Positions 10,497 through 20,611 of a stretch of 64,000 nucleotides of DNA are shown one piece after another. Under the pieces are notes generated by a model that was given only the letters and a program-made list of their open reading frames with translations, did not search any database and was not told the DNA's origin. The stretch is from a virus. Position 1 is the stretch's first letter. The number at the start of each line of letters is the position of its first letter. The stretch is from the IMG/VR virus record IMGVR_UViG_3300043419_002586. The stretch is one strand, 5' to 3'. A program made the translations under genes and the position numbers.

Positions 10497-13400
10497 TTAA
10501 CTTCTTAAGAATCTTTCTAACATAGTTTGTACAGTCTGCTGGGTTTCCTTACGCAGCTCTTTGATTCGTTCTTCTGTCTTCATTTCTATGTTGAAAATTT
10601 CTTGGATTATTTCTTTTTTGATAGTGTTAAATTCGTTTTTAGTGATTACATTGCACACTAAATTATTTGTTACATTTTCAATTTTCTTGACAAGCAACTC
10701 TTCTACTTTGTTTTCTACTATTTTTTCTGTCTTTTTCTGCTCTTCTTTCTCTTGATGATAATTATTTGTGGTAAAAGTTTGACGATTATCTACTTTGTAA
10801 TAATTGTCTTTCTTTTCTCTGAAAACATCAATTTTAATCTGAGATGTATTGTTTACAATTCTGTTTTGTACTTGCTCGATCTTCTGTATCTTTTGAGAAA
10901 CTTTTCTTTCATTGGTAGTTTTTTGAACATTTAAAACATCCAGCAATTGAAAGAAATTATTCACCTTCCTGTCTTTGCTTGTCTTTGTTACTTTTTGATC
11001 ATTATAGAAATTCATCATATCAAAGAAGTTTTGCTCAACTTTGTATGAATTTCCCTGAACTTTAATTGCTTCGTTATTTATCCTGTCTAAACGCTTCGAT
11101 ATACGTGCAAATTCTCTCTCATTTCGCTTTTCTTGCCTAACTTGTTGTGTCAAGTTTAGTTCAGTAAATAAATTAGAAATATTCTTTTTATTACTTTCAA
11201 AACTATAACGATTTAAGATAGTAGTATTCTTTTCAGTCTCAAGCAAATTAAGATTCTGAATAAATTCTTGTAATTGAACTTTTTGTGTTTTATTTGTTAT
11301 TTGAACAGTTGAATTATTTATCTCATTATTTGTAATATTGATATCTTGTAAGGTTTCTCTTATCTTTTGTCTTTGAGAAATATTGCTTATTTTGCTTTCA
11401 AATCTATTGAAAGATTGAATATAATTCTTGCTCAAATTTATGGCAGTGATAAAGTCTTTTTGATCAATCTTACTTGTGCGATTTACAATATTATTTTCTT
11501 GAATTACATTGTTTACATAATTCAAATTTTTTACTATTTGATCAACATTTCTAACTTGCGCAATCTTATTAATTTGCTGAATACTAGTCTTGAATTCCTG
11601 ATAGTTTTGGGAAATCAAATTCAAATCTTTAGTAATTTGATTGATATTGTTAGTATTAGAAATTTTAGAAATATTCTGAGCAGTTTCTTGAGTAACATTT
11701 ACATTTTCCAAAACTTCAACATTTTTTACAACATTTGAAATCCTATTATAAATCTTTCTTTCTTGAGTGATTTTAGATAAATTTACAATGTTAAGTAACT
11801 CTTTATTTTCAACGTTAGAGATCTTTTGAACAACTTCTGAAATTTGATTTATTCTAGACAGCTTGATGTTGGATATATCATTTTTACTTGTAAGATTAAT
11901 TATCTTGTTTAATTGACTAATTTTTTCTTCAGTAATATTTTCAACTTTGCTTATTTGCTTGACAGTGTTAATTTGTTCTTGAGTTAAATTATTTATTTTA
12001 CTAATTTTGTTTAACTTTTCAATATTTTCAGAAATCAAACTTAAATTTGATACTTTTAAATTTTCAACATTTGAAACATTTATATTTTTCGAAACATTAA
12101 TAAGATTTTTTAAGTTTTGTATTTCTGTTTTAAACTCTGCAGTACTGAAACTACTTTGTAAATTACTTATTTCATCAATATTTTCTGTAATTTGATTTAC
12201 ATTATTATATCTTGCGAGTCTAGTTATTTTTCTTACAATATTTTCAGTTTTTTTAATATCCTGTGAAACATTTATGTTCTTAAGTAAATTAATTTTTTCT
12301 GTAATATTTTCTGTGTTGAAATTTGACAGTTTCTCAACAACAAAACCTACATTTGATTGATTTACAAATTGATTAAAATTATCTACATTTTTCTGATTAA
12401 TACGAATTGTAGATATTTTTGGATTTATAGAAGTTGTATTTAAATTTTCAATTACATTTGAAATATTCTTATAACTTTGAGCAATTCTGGTGAAAGATTT
12501 TGATTCTGATAAATTTACAAAAGATTTATATTCTTCAACATTTATAGATGATAATTTATTAACAATCTGATTCTCAGTGTTATTATAATCTACTACGTTT
12601 TTAGAAAGACTTACAAGTTTTTTAATGTTTTCAACTGTAGAGCTTGATACCTTAGTAATTTCTAAATTATTATTTTTTGAAAAATTCAAAACATCTACTA
12701 AATTTTTAATATTAGAAGTGTTGATATTACTTTGACGCAAAACAGTATAGATACCATTCAATTGTTCTTCATTTGTTACTAAAGATAATAATGCTCTAAC
12801 TGTTTGATTATTTGATATATTGCTTATTTTATTAATTATTATGTTAGAATATTCATCAATGTATTCAGTGTTATTGAGAACATTCTTTATTTCTTTAACA
12901 ACAAAATTGCTTGTTTTCTCTTGGATATGCACCATTCTGTGATGTACAAAAGAAATATTTTGTTGAGCTAAATTTAGATCATTCTTTATTTTAGAAATTT
13001 TATTTTCAACATATTGATTGCTATTTTTTATTGTCTTCAAAACAGCATATTGAAATTCATAATCATTGGCAGTGTATTCATAATTAACATTCTTAGTTAA
13101 ATTGATAATATTTTTATAATGATTATTTTTATGAGTAATACTATGCCTGTGAATGTTTTGATATGTATTCTTTAAGTTAACCTCAGTTTGTTTTATCTGT
13201 TGAACTGTTTCATTGAAGAAATTTAAATTTTGGATAAATTCTCTATACCTATTTTCTATATGTCTATGAAAATTGTATGTAGTAGATAAGTTCTTGAGAT
13301 TTGTCTCATAAACAGTTTTTTCAGAGTGATTGAGAATTTTGTTAAATTCAATACTTAAATTTTTACTATGCTGATTAATAATTTTGTAAAATTGATTTTC

Positions 13401-14411
13401 AACATTTGGAGCAATATTTAAGTCTTTTAAAAATGACTTATATAGATTGTCAAAATCTATTTTAGTAGCTTCAGAAAATTTATTTACATTAGTAACAAGC
13501 TCATTTACTGTCTTGTTATTATTGCTGATAAAATTGATATCAGTATTTTTAGTAGTATTTAAATTATTTACAACTCTGGATGATCTAACTTGTAAATCAA
13601 TTTTATTATTATTTTGTAAATTAATTTGATTTATATTTGTTACTGAATTGTTGTTAATTGAACGAGTATTGTTAGAAATATTATTAGACAAAGATATATC
13701 TTGAAGATATGCATTTATCTCGTCTTTTTTTACATTGCCTGGTCTTACTTCAAATTTTTTTTTTACTCTTACTTCGCTTGGATTTAGTCCTAACTTTTTA
13801 ATAGCCTCATTTACAAGAGTTTCATTTTCATTTATAGACTCTGTAGTTTCAGTGTCTTCAAAAAATTGATTAAATCCCCCAGGGCTTACACTTGCAGAAA
13901 GCATTTCCATAAATCTAGGATACAATTGAAAAAATCCATTCATAACCTTTTCATCTACAGACTCAAATTGTTCAATATCTAGTTTCTTAATTAAGTCATC
14001 AGATTTTAGGGATTTCAGATTTTGAAGTGCTTTCATAAATTCAATCTGGTCTGAATTTAAACCCAATGAGCCATAATCTATAACTTTTTCTTTGTGCTCT
14101 TTTATTTTAGTTGGATATAATATTTCAGGATTAATATTGACTTTATTTAATTCTAAATTTTCTGAATAATTAGAATGGAATGGATTAATCCTGTAGAGTT
14201 TTCTAGGAAGAATTTTTCCAGAAACATCAGGAATTTTATAATCATTTGGATCTTCAGTTGTGCCAGCAGTATGCAACTCTTTCTTAATATTATAAGAAAT
14301 TGCTTTAGTTGAAGGAATATATTGAAAATAACAATTTAATTCAGCAGACGTTATAAAAGCATCTGACTGAATTGAAATTTTATCATAATCGATAAAATCA
14401 ATATCTGACAT
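10497..14411 (-). CDS. Asn/Ile/Lys-rich low-complexity helical protein; possible tape-measure-like or internal virion protein
   Basis: 1304-aa ORF; central ~1000 aa nearly devoid of Gly, Pro, Trp and Cys; lies just upstream of the giant tail protein gene. Confidence 0.4.
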   Translation of the reverse strand: MSDIDFIDYDKISIQSDAFITSAELNCYFQYIPSTKAISYNIKKELHTAGTTEDPNDYKIPDVSGKILPRKLYRINPFHSNYSENLELNKVNINPEILYPTKIKEHKEKVIDYGSLGLNSDQIEFMKALQNLKSLKSDDLIKKLDIEQFESVDEKVMNGFFQLYPRFMEMLSASVSPGGFNQFFEDTETTESINENETLVNEAIKKLGLNPSEVRVKKKFEVRPGNVKKDEINAYLQDISLSNNISNNTRSINNNSVTNINQINLQNNNKIDLQVRSSRVVNNLNTTKNTDINFISNNNKTVNELVTNVNKFSEATKIDFDNLYKSFLKDLNIAPNVENQFYKIINQHSKNLSIEFNKILNHSEKTVYETNLKNLSTTYNFHRHIENRYREFIQNLNFFNETVQQIKQTEVNLKNTYQNIHRHSITHKNNHYKNIINLTKNVNYEYTANDYEFQYAVLKTIKNSNQYVENKISKIKNDLNLAQQNISFVHHRMVHIQEKTSNFVVKEIKNVLNNTEYIDEYSNIIINKISNISNNQTVRALLSLVTNEEQLNGIYTVLRQSNINTSNIKNLVDVLNFSKNNNLEITKVSSSTVENIKKLVSLSKNVVDYNNTENQIVNKLSSINVEEYKSFVNLSESKSFTRIAQSYKNISNVIENLNTTSINPKISTIRINQKNVDNFNQFVNQSNVGFVVEKLSNFNTENITEKINLLKNINVSQDIKKTENIVRKITRLARYNNVNQITENIDEISNLQSSFSTAEFKTEIQNLKNLINVSKNINVSNVENLKVSNLSLISENIEKLNKISKINNLTQEQINTVKQISKVENITEEKISQLNKIINLTSKNDISNIKLSRINQISEVVQKISNVENKELLNIVNLSKITQERKIYNRISNVVKNVEVLENVNVTQETAQNISKISNTNNINQITKDLNLISQNYQEFKTSIQQINKIAQVRNVDQIVKNLNYVNNVIQENNIVNRTSKIDQKDFITAINLSKNYIQSFNRFESKISNISQRQKIRETLQDINITNNEINNSTVQITNKTQKVQLQEFIQNLNLLETEKNTTILNRYSFESNKKNISNLFTELNLTQQVRQEKRNEREFARISKRLDRINNEAIKVQGNSYKVEQNFFDMMNFYNDQKVTKTSKDRKVNNFFQLLDVLNVQKTTNERKVSQKIQKIEQVQNRIVNNTSQIKIDVFREKKDNYYKVDNRQTFTTNNYHQEKEEQKKTEKIVENKVEELLVKKIENVTNNLVCNVITKNEFNTIKKEIIQEIFNIEMKTEERIKELRKETQQTVQTMLERFLRS

Positions 14412-14430
14412 ATCTTAATTGTAAAGAATA

Positions 14431-15075
14431 TTATATTTTCTTAAATTTTGGTTTTGAAGATTGAGCTTGAGCTTCAGTAGATAACTCGTTCCTATGTTTT
14501 TCAGGATGTGTCATCAACTTACCATAATTTGGACTTCCTGGAGTGTCATCATAAAGTTCGTTAAAATAATCTTCAACAGGTCCTAATACTTCATCTTCAG
14601 AAGGTCTATCTGCAATCTTGACAAACTTTGCGTTACTATGTGATATATTCAATTGACTCATTTCTCCTGACAATAATGTGACAATATAATTATCAATTTC
14701 AGCTAAAGTTTGTTCTCTTTCTTGAATTTGTCTTTCAAGAGCTGCAATATCTCTCTTAAGTCCTTCTTGAGCATCATCACTTGAAATATCGACATTTTTA
14801 CCACCAATATTTTGAAATAGTGATGTGTCATACATTTGACCAACATTTTTCTTTTCTTTGATATCAAAAACTTGTTGCTTTAGTTTTTTAAGAAATTGAT
14901 CTAAAGTGAATTTCTTATTATCAAACTTAACATTGGTTGATATTTGTTGATCAAATTTATACTTTTTTTCAATATTAGAAATTTCTTGCTCAATTTTGGA
15001 CAAATTATTGTCAAAATCCGCTTTTGTTAACTTGGGAATATAATCGTTTACCTGTGCTTCAACTATCTTAAACAT
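14431..15075 (-). CDS. Hypothetical coiled-coil protein, probably virion/head-internal
   Basis: 214-aa ORF coupled to the upstream gene (TAATG overlap); KIVEAQ and VKIAD motifs like the head proteins. Confidence 0.55.
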   Translation of the reverse strand: MFKIVEAQVNDYIPKLTKADFDNNLSKIEQEISNIEKKYKFDQQISTNVKFDNKKFTLDQFLKKLKQQVFDIKEKKNVGQMYDTSLFQNIGGKNVDISSDDAQEGLKRDIAALERQIQEREQTLAEIDNYIVTLLSGEMSQLNISHSNAKFVKIADRPSEDEVLGPVEDYFNELYDDTPGSPNYGKLMTHPEKHRNELSTEAQAQSSKPKFKKI

Positions 15076-17891
15076 TATTTTTCTCCAAGGCTATCATTTT
15101 CTTGATTTGTATTGAACTTTGAATCTTCAGGAACATTAAATGGAGATTCATTAGGTTCAGATTGATCAGGACTTTGAGGTAATTTTGTTACACCAGTATC
15201 ATTAGGTAACTTAACCAAAGGCGCAATTTTGTCAGGATTTTTCAACAATTCCATTTTTTCGTAATATTCTTTACGTAATTTTTCTAATGATTGTTGCTCT
15301 TCATTTCTAATTCTACTGACTTGAGGCAGAATTCCATTTGGAGAAGCTATAATATTAGCCATAGGAATTCCTAATTTCTTCATTGTATCTAATTGCTTTT
15401 CAAGAGGCTTGAGTTTTTGAAGTAAAATTCTTTTTCTCATCATATGACCAGCAATGTTTTTCATACTCGACCATTGAGATTTTTTTTGTTGAATTTCAAT
15501 TAAGTCTTTTTGAAATTCAGCTAACTCACCCATAGCTTGAGTTTTTTGAACTTCATTAAAGTTTTTCATATTATTATTTATAGCATTTCTGAAAATATTT
15601 AAGACAGCCTTAAATTGAGTCTCTAATCTAGTAGTAAAATCTAAAAAGTCCTTAAGCTTTGTTTGAAAGTCTTGAGGCAAATCACCAACTGTATTGACCT
15701 GATTTCCTCCACCCACTTGCACTGCTTGTGTTTCAGCAGCTTGTAAGTTTCTTTCCTTAGTAGATAATTGCTCCATCAAATAAGTTTTTTGAACTCTAAA
15801 TTTTCCTAGAGCCATAGCATCTTGATCTGCTACACCTAAAGAAATCATTGTTTCTTGGAAATTTGCTGCTCTTTGCTTACCTTGTGCAGTCATATTTCCT
15901 GCGTTATCAAAATATTGAGCGCTTTGAGGAGCATTTCCTCCTACAAGATTTAACTGCATAAATAATTCGATAACATTATTTTTAAAACCCAACAAAAGTG
16001 ATGTAACACCTGTTACAATTACTGACCAATCGCTTGGATTTCTTAACAAACCTGCTATAGCATCTTTTGCAAAAATGGCTCCTAAAATAAAAGTTCCAAC
16101 ACTTGCTATTATGCCAATAGAATTGATGATGTAGCCTTTTGTTTTGTCATTGCCAGGATAAGTAGTACCTTGTTGAGGTATTCTTTGTGCAACTTTTTGA
16201 AAATTGACATTTGATTTTACAGTAGGTTTCTGAGAGCTTTGACCAGAATTTGGTGCAACTAAATTAGCTCCCATAAAAGCACCTAAAGCACCAGCTGCAG
16301 CACCTGGACCTAAAATAGCAGCCCCAATAGGTGAATTAATAATGTTTGATACTTGTGAGCTACCACCAGTACCACTATCATTTCTTAATGCTTGAAATAA
16401 ATTATTGAATTCTTGAGAAATTGATTCAAGGCTAAAGTTTTTAGTACCTAAAGAATTTATCAATTTTCTTATCAAGTTTTTTATAGCATCATAAATTGCA
16501 ATAATTTTAGGAATGTAAGTGCTGTTCCACAATCTTTCTATGTCTGCACCTAAAGATTTTATTCCTTGCTTGATTTTTTCAACAACAGTATTTGCTCCAT
16601 TTGAAACTGCATCAAATATTTGTTCTAAAGATAGTTTAGCATCATTCTTTTGTTGTTGAGTGGCAACTGGTGCAGTTTGAGCATAAATATGTCTTGTAAT
16701 TTCTGGACTTGCCAACTTAAGGTATTTAGATTCAATATTAGAAAATTGCTGTCTTCTAGTTGGAATAGCAGTAAAAGTCTCATCCCTTTGTTGTTGTTCT
16801 TCAAATTGGGAATAGTTTGCCGTTTCAGGCGAAGTGTCACCCAAAAATATACTTGAAGCTTGATTTAATAATATTTTAGATGCATTAAGATCATAAAACA
16901 TATCACGTAAAGCTCTATACATAGGCTGAGTAATTAAGAATTCAAAAGATTGGCCCAAAAACTTGATCATTTTAACAAGTTGTTGATTCATTTCTTCTGT
17001 TTTCATCATATCGTAAATAGCTTTTTGCATATTTACTTTTTGTTGTTGAATACGTAAAGCATCTCTACTTGCTTGATATCTTCTTCTTATTTCTTCAGAT
17101 TGTTCAGGCAAATTAGACTGTGATAATTCAACAAGATTATTGAAACTTAGTTGTGATTCAGGATCTTTTGATAAATATCCTAAACCAACTTTTGGTTGAT
17201 TTCCAGCAATAGCATCTTTGAGAACTGAAAAAATATCAACAGATGGATTTAATTTTTGATAATCACAAGCTAAATCAATAATATTTTTAGCTCTTGCGTA
17301 TTGAAATTTTTGTCCATAGTATTCAATGAAAAAGTTTATTAAGTCAGAAACGTTAGTAAAACAAGATCTTGATTTCTGAATTAAGTATTCAAGCAAACCG
17401 ATAACTTCTGTGAAAGGAATCAATTTTTCCAATCTATCAAAAGTTTCTCCAATTTGTTGTTCTGACATAAATGGTTTTAGTCTAGAAATAATTTGATCTT
17501 TAGATTCTAAGAAAGGAGCATAAGCTTCTGCAGGTTGTCCAACTTGTTCTGCTCCTCCCAACAAAGTACTTTGAATTCTGTCAACAGGACTTGCACTGCC
17601 ACTAGAACTATTAGATTTATTTCCTAAAACATTCATTTTCTTGATAAAGTCTTTAACATTATCTGAATTACTTAGGATATTTTTTGCATCAGGAGAATCT
17701 AATAATTTACTTTTGTCTCTTTCTGTAGTCAACTTACTTAATGCTTCAACAAGTTCGTCAACATTATTTAAAGTTGCCGATGTAACTACCTTTTTTTCTA
17801 AGATAATATTACTTGATACGAAATTAACAATTGAGCTTTCGTCATCATTAGGAACTGAAGCAATTAAACTATCATTGAATACAAATTTCAT
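15075..17891 (-). CDS. Gln-rich helical protein with Gly/Ala-rich and hydrophobic segments; putative ejection/internal virion protein
   Basis: 938 aa; hydrophobic stretches PIGAAILGPGAAAGALGAFMGA, IINSIGIIASVGTFILGAIFA, WSVIVTGVTSLLLGF; KLAS, IYAQ and KVAQ motifs. Confidence 0.45.
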   Translation of the reverse strand: MKFVFNDSLIASVPNDDESSIVNFVSSNIILEKKVVTSATLNNVDELVEALSKLTTERDKSKLLDSPDAKNILSNSDNVKDFIKKMNVLGNKSNSSSGSASPVDRIQSTLLGGAEQVGQPAEAYAPFLESKDQIISRLKPFMSEQQIGETFDRLEKLIPFTEVIGLLEYLIQKSRSCFTNVSDLINFFIEYYGQKFQYARAKNIIDLACDYQKLNPSVDIFSVLKDAIAGNQPKVGLGYLSKDPESQLSFNNLVELSQSNLPEQSEEIRRRYQASRDALRIQQQKVNMQKAIYDMMKTEEMNQQLVKMIKFLGQSFEFLITQPMYRALRDMFYDLNASKILLNQASSIFLGDTSPETANYSQFEEQQQRDETFTAIPTRRQQFSNIESKYLKLASPEITRHIYAQTAPVATQQQKNDAKLSLEQIFDAVSNGANTVVEKIKQGIKSLGADIERLWNSTYIPKIIAIYDAIKNLIRKLINSLGTKNFSLESISQEFNNLFQALRNDSGTGGSSQVSNIINSPIGAAILGPGAAAGALGAFMGANLVAPNSGQSSQKPTVKSNVNFQKVAQRIPQQGTTYPGNDKTKGYIINSIGIIASVGTFILGAIFAKDAIAGLLRNPSDWSVIVTGVTSLLLGFKNNVIELFMQLNLVGGNAPQSAQYFDNAGNMTAQGKQRAANFQETMISLGVADQDAMALGKFRVQKTYLMEQLSTKERNLQAAETQAVQVGGGNQVNTVGDLPQDFQTKLKDFLDFTTRLETQFKAVLNIFRNAINNNMKNFNEVQKTQAMGELAEFQKDLIEIQQKKSQWSSMKNIAGHMMRKRILLQKLKPLEKQLDTMKKLGIPMANIIASPNGILPQVSRIRNEEQQSLEKLRKEYYEKMELLKNPDKIAPLVKLPNDTGVTKLPQSPDQSEPNESPFNVPEDSKFNTNQENDSLGEK

Positions 17892-17896
17892 AAGAT

Positions 17897-18073
17897 TTAT
17901 TCTGCTTTTGTAATTTTAAATGTTGATGTTGAACAGTGAGGACATTTACCTTGAAGAGCGTGTCTACTACTTTTCATAACAATTTTCTTAGGAGCGGAAA
18001 CCATAACCATAGTTCTGCACTTAACACAATACATATGATGGGTTGTTCCAGCGTCTGTAATTTCTGAACTCAT
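17897..18073 (-). CDS. Small zinc-ribbon protein (DUF5679-like), 58 aa, absent from the ORF track
   Basis: MSSEITDAGTTHHMYCVKCRTMVMVSAPKKIVMKSSRHALQGKCPHCSTSTFKITKAE*; YCVKCR...GKCPHC motifs; AAGGAG Shine-Dalgarno upstream. Confidence 0.8.
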   Translation of the reverse strand: MSSEITDAGTTHHMYCVKCRTMVMVSAPKKIVMKSSRHALQGKCPHCSTSTFKITKAE

Positions 18074-18098
18074 TTTTTGAGTACTCCTTTAATAAGAT

Positions 18099-18123
18099 TT
18101 CAAAAGATATTGTACAATTACCT
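18099..18123 (-). promoter_or_regulatory. Putative phage late promoter (AGG-N17-TTGAA variant)
   Basis: One-mismatch copy of the AGG-N17-TAGAA motif at the head of the leftward virion operon. Confidence 0.4.
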
Positions 18124-18151
18124 TTATATCTCTTACCTTAAATAATAAAAT

Positions 18152-18496
18152 ATGCCTAGATACGAATACTTATGTGAATGCTCAATTGAACCTAAAACAT
18201 TCACAATATCTCTTTCTTTTAGTGAATACCAACCTGTAATTCCTTGCCCTTGTGGAAATGGCCAAGCGAAAAGAGTTTTCAACAGTTTTAATGTTCAAGA
18301 TGGCTTGACTGCTAAAGAAAAACAATTTGGAACCACTTTAAAACGTAAACAAATGACAGAATTTGTGAAAGATCAAAAAAATGTCAGAAAAAACTCTTAC
18401 GATCCAAATTCAAGAGAGTCTAAATCAAATGAGTATTGGACCGGAAAAGAAGGCTTGGACGGTATAACATCTTTACCTGTAAATAAAAAGGATTAA
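18152..18496 (+). CDS. FmdB-family-like zinc-ribbon protein
   Basis: N-terminus MPRYEYLCEC...F...CPCG..AKRVF matches the MPxYEYxC FmdB-type pattern. Confidence 0.7.
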   Translation: MPRYEYLCECSIEPKTFTISLSFSEYQPVIPCPCGNGQAKRVFNSFNVQDGLTAKEKQFGTTLKRKQMTEFVKDQKNVRKNSYDPNSRESKSNEYWTGKEGLDGITSLPVNKKD

Positions 18497-18499
18497 AAT

Positions 18500-19282
18500 A
18501 TGAATGAAAGTGTAAATCAAGAGCCAGAATCATTTATCGTACAAAATGTAACTCTTGGCCCACATTATGTTAGTGATATCAGATTGAACTTTGGGCCTCT
18601 TCAAGCAATTGACCTTACTTGGGAAGATCCAAAGGTAGTAAAAGCTTCCAAGGACTTGAGAAATTCACTAAGATTAGGATTGCTTAGAAAGATTTCTCCT
18701 GAGCAATTTGATTCAATTGAAGAGAAGGCAGCAATTAAGGGCAAAAAAGAATTACTCAAGCAGCAAAGCAATAACAATCTCAGAACCGTTGATATTGACG
18801 GAAAATCAATTGAGGCTGAAAGTATTGATGCAGAAAAAGCTTACAAGAGTAAAAATGATGTGACAACTGCTGGATATGCAAATGATTCACTCTCTTATGC
18901 AATGGCTTTAGATATTGCACAAACTCAAGCAGAATTACAAGGTGATGATCTTTCAGTAGAGCAATTTGCAGAAAAGGTACAGAAAAACCCAGGCATTATT
19001 AATCAACTCTTAGCTCAACAGAAAAATCTAGATGCAAATAGTTCTGTCTCAGGAGTAGAAACAAGAGGTAGAGCTTTTGTTGCAGAGCCTCCTTCAGATG
19101 CAATTAGAGGTTCTAGTGTAAGAGAAGTTGAGATGACAAATTATAATCGAGATCGAAGAGTTGCTGGAGCCGATTTTGACTATAACGACAATGGCGATGA
19201 TGGATACGATTCTATTGCTGATGCTATTGATTTAGAAGCAGATATGGGCGAGGGAGAAGAGGGCTCAATTAGAAGAGTTTAG
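18500..19282 (+). CDS. Hypothetical protein with acidic C-terminus
   Basis: 260-aa ORF with AAGGA SD. Confidence 0.7.
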   Translation: MNESVNQEPESFIVQNVTLGPHYVSDIRLNFGPLQAIDLTWEDPKVVKASKDLRNSLRLGLLRKISPEQFDSIEEKAAIKGKKELLKQQSNNNLRTVDIDGKSIEAESIDAEKAYKSKNDVTTAGYANDSLSYAMALDIAQTQAELQGDDLSVEQFAEKVQKNPGIINQLLAQQKNLDANSSVSGVETRGRAFVAEPPSDAIRGSSVREVEMTNYNRDRRVAGADFDYNDNGDDGYDSIADAIDLEADMGEGEEGSIRRV

Positions 19283-19284
19283 AA
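19260..19284 (+). promoter_or_regulatory. Putative phage late promoter AGG-N17-TAGAA
   Basis: Exact motif copy 64 nt upstream of ATG 19348, overlapping the end of the previous gene. Confidence 0.45.
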
Positions 19285-19300
19285 AGTTTAATCTAGACTG

Positions 19301-19337
19301 AATAAAGGCTATCCAGTCGGATGGCCTTTATTTTTTT
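19301..19337 (+). terminator. Rho-independent terminator-like hairpin
   Basis: AATAAAGGCTATCC-AGTC-GGATGGCCTTTATT followed by a T run. Confidence 0.7.
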
Positions 19338-19347
19338 GGGAGAAAAT

Positions 19348-20457
19348 ATGGCAAACGATTTTTCAGCTCAATCTTTTAACAACAGCACCTTAGTTTATTA
19401 TAATACCCAACCATCATATCCAGGAATCTTTATAGAATGGGAAAGATCTGGAGCACAAAATGTTGCCTTTTACAAAATTCAAAAAAGCACTAATTTTGAA
19501 GGCACTTACACCACAATAGCTACTGTTACATTTCCAACAAATGAAGGTGTTGATACAAATGGCTCACCTTCAGACTATTACAGAATTCAAGAAGTAGATT
19601 CAAACGGAAATGTGCTTAATACTTCGTCTCCAATGCTAGGAGATGAATTACTCGTAAAAAGTAGTTTAAGGTATGAATTAGAGCATCTTTTGAACATTCC
19701 TATTTATGATGAAGAAGTAATTTTTAGAAGAAATAGAAGTGTAGGGTCAGTTGCTTTCCCTTTTTGGAATTCTGTACCAAAACCTGAAGTAAGAATTTCA
19801 GGTCCATCGAATCAAGGCGATAGAGATCCATTAATTCAATTATCAGAGACAACACCAATTTACTCAACAATCAACACCACTTATGATCCAATTATCAAAA
19901 ACAGGGATGGGTATGAATCACAGTATACAAATGGAAACAACTATCCAAATGGACTAATGGTGAAATATGATTTTATGGGAAATATTTATTTCATAGATTC
20001 AAATGGAAATCCAGTAGAAATTCACAGTTACGATAATGTGTTAGTATCATATAGCATTAAGATGATTACTAACGATCATATGAACAGTAGTTTGTATATG
20101 GCACTTCAAGCAATAAATTCTCAACCCGGAGCTAGTAAGTTTCAAACAGTAGCATCAGCTCCTTATTTCTATGACCCTGCATTAGTATTTGGAGCAGCTT
20201 ATTATATCCTAAGAAGTTTACTTACAAGTTTGACTAACAGACAAAGAAGATTACTTATTGAAGATCCTGATGCAAGAATTACTGATGACATTAGACAATC
20301 AGCAACAATGTACAAAGAAGAATTTGAAAAATTGTTAGAAAAATTACCAATTGCTACTTATCCTGGAATAAGATCAGTTGTTGTACCAGAATTTAATATG
20401 CCTGGAGGAAGAAGTAGATTTTTCAGATATATCTGGAATATTGGTACTGGAGGGTAA
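19348..20457 (+). CDS. Putative virion neck/head-completion protein (FN3/Ig-like N-terminus, helical adaptor-like C-terminus)
   Basis: Likely start 19348 (GGGAG SD; the ATG at 19321 lies inside the terminator stem); IEW...YKIQKS...YYRI FN3-like pattern; structural gene context. Confidence 0.45.
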   Translation: MANDFSAQSFNNSTLVYYNTQPSYPGIFIEWERSGAQNVAFYKIQKSTNFEGTYTTIATVTFPTNEGVDTNGSPSDYYRIQEVDSNGNVLNTSSPMLGDELLVKSSLRYELEHLLNIPIYDEEVIFRRNRSVGSVAFPFWNSVPKPEVRISGPSNQGDRDPLIQLSETTPIYSTINTTYDPIIKNRDGYESQYTNGNNYPNGLMVKYDFMGNIYFIDSNGNPVEIHSYDNVLVSYSIKMITNDHMNSSLYMALQAINSQPGASKFQTVASAPYFYDPALVFGAAYYILRSLLTSLTNRQRRLLIEDPDARITDDIRQSATMYKEEFEKLLEKLPIATYPGIRSVVVPEFNMPGGRSRFFRYIWNIGTGG

Positions 20458-20489
20458 ATTGTTCAGTTGCTTAATGTAGCAACAATTTA
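20455..20489 (+). terminator. Hairpin after the 19348 gene
   Basis: TAAATTG..GTTGCT-TAATGT-AGCAAC-AATTTA imperfect inverted repeat followed by an AT-rich tract. Confidence 0.35.
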
Positions 20490-20611
20490 CTTAAAAATTT
20501 AAAATTTAAAAATTTCTTTTAAAGATTAATGTTAATATACATTTTAATATTAAATATTAATTCCCATTATTAATGGGTGTAAAAAAAGAGAAAACTAAAA
20601 GGATACTAAAA

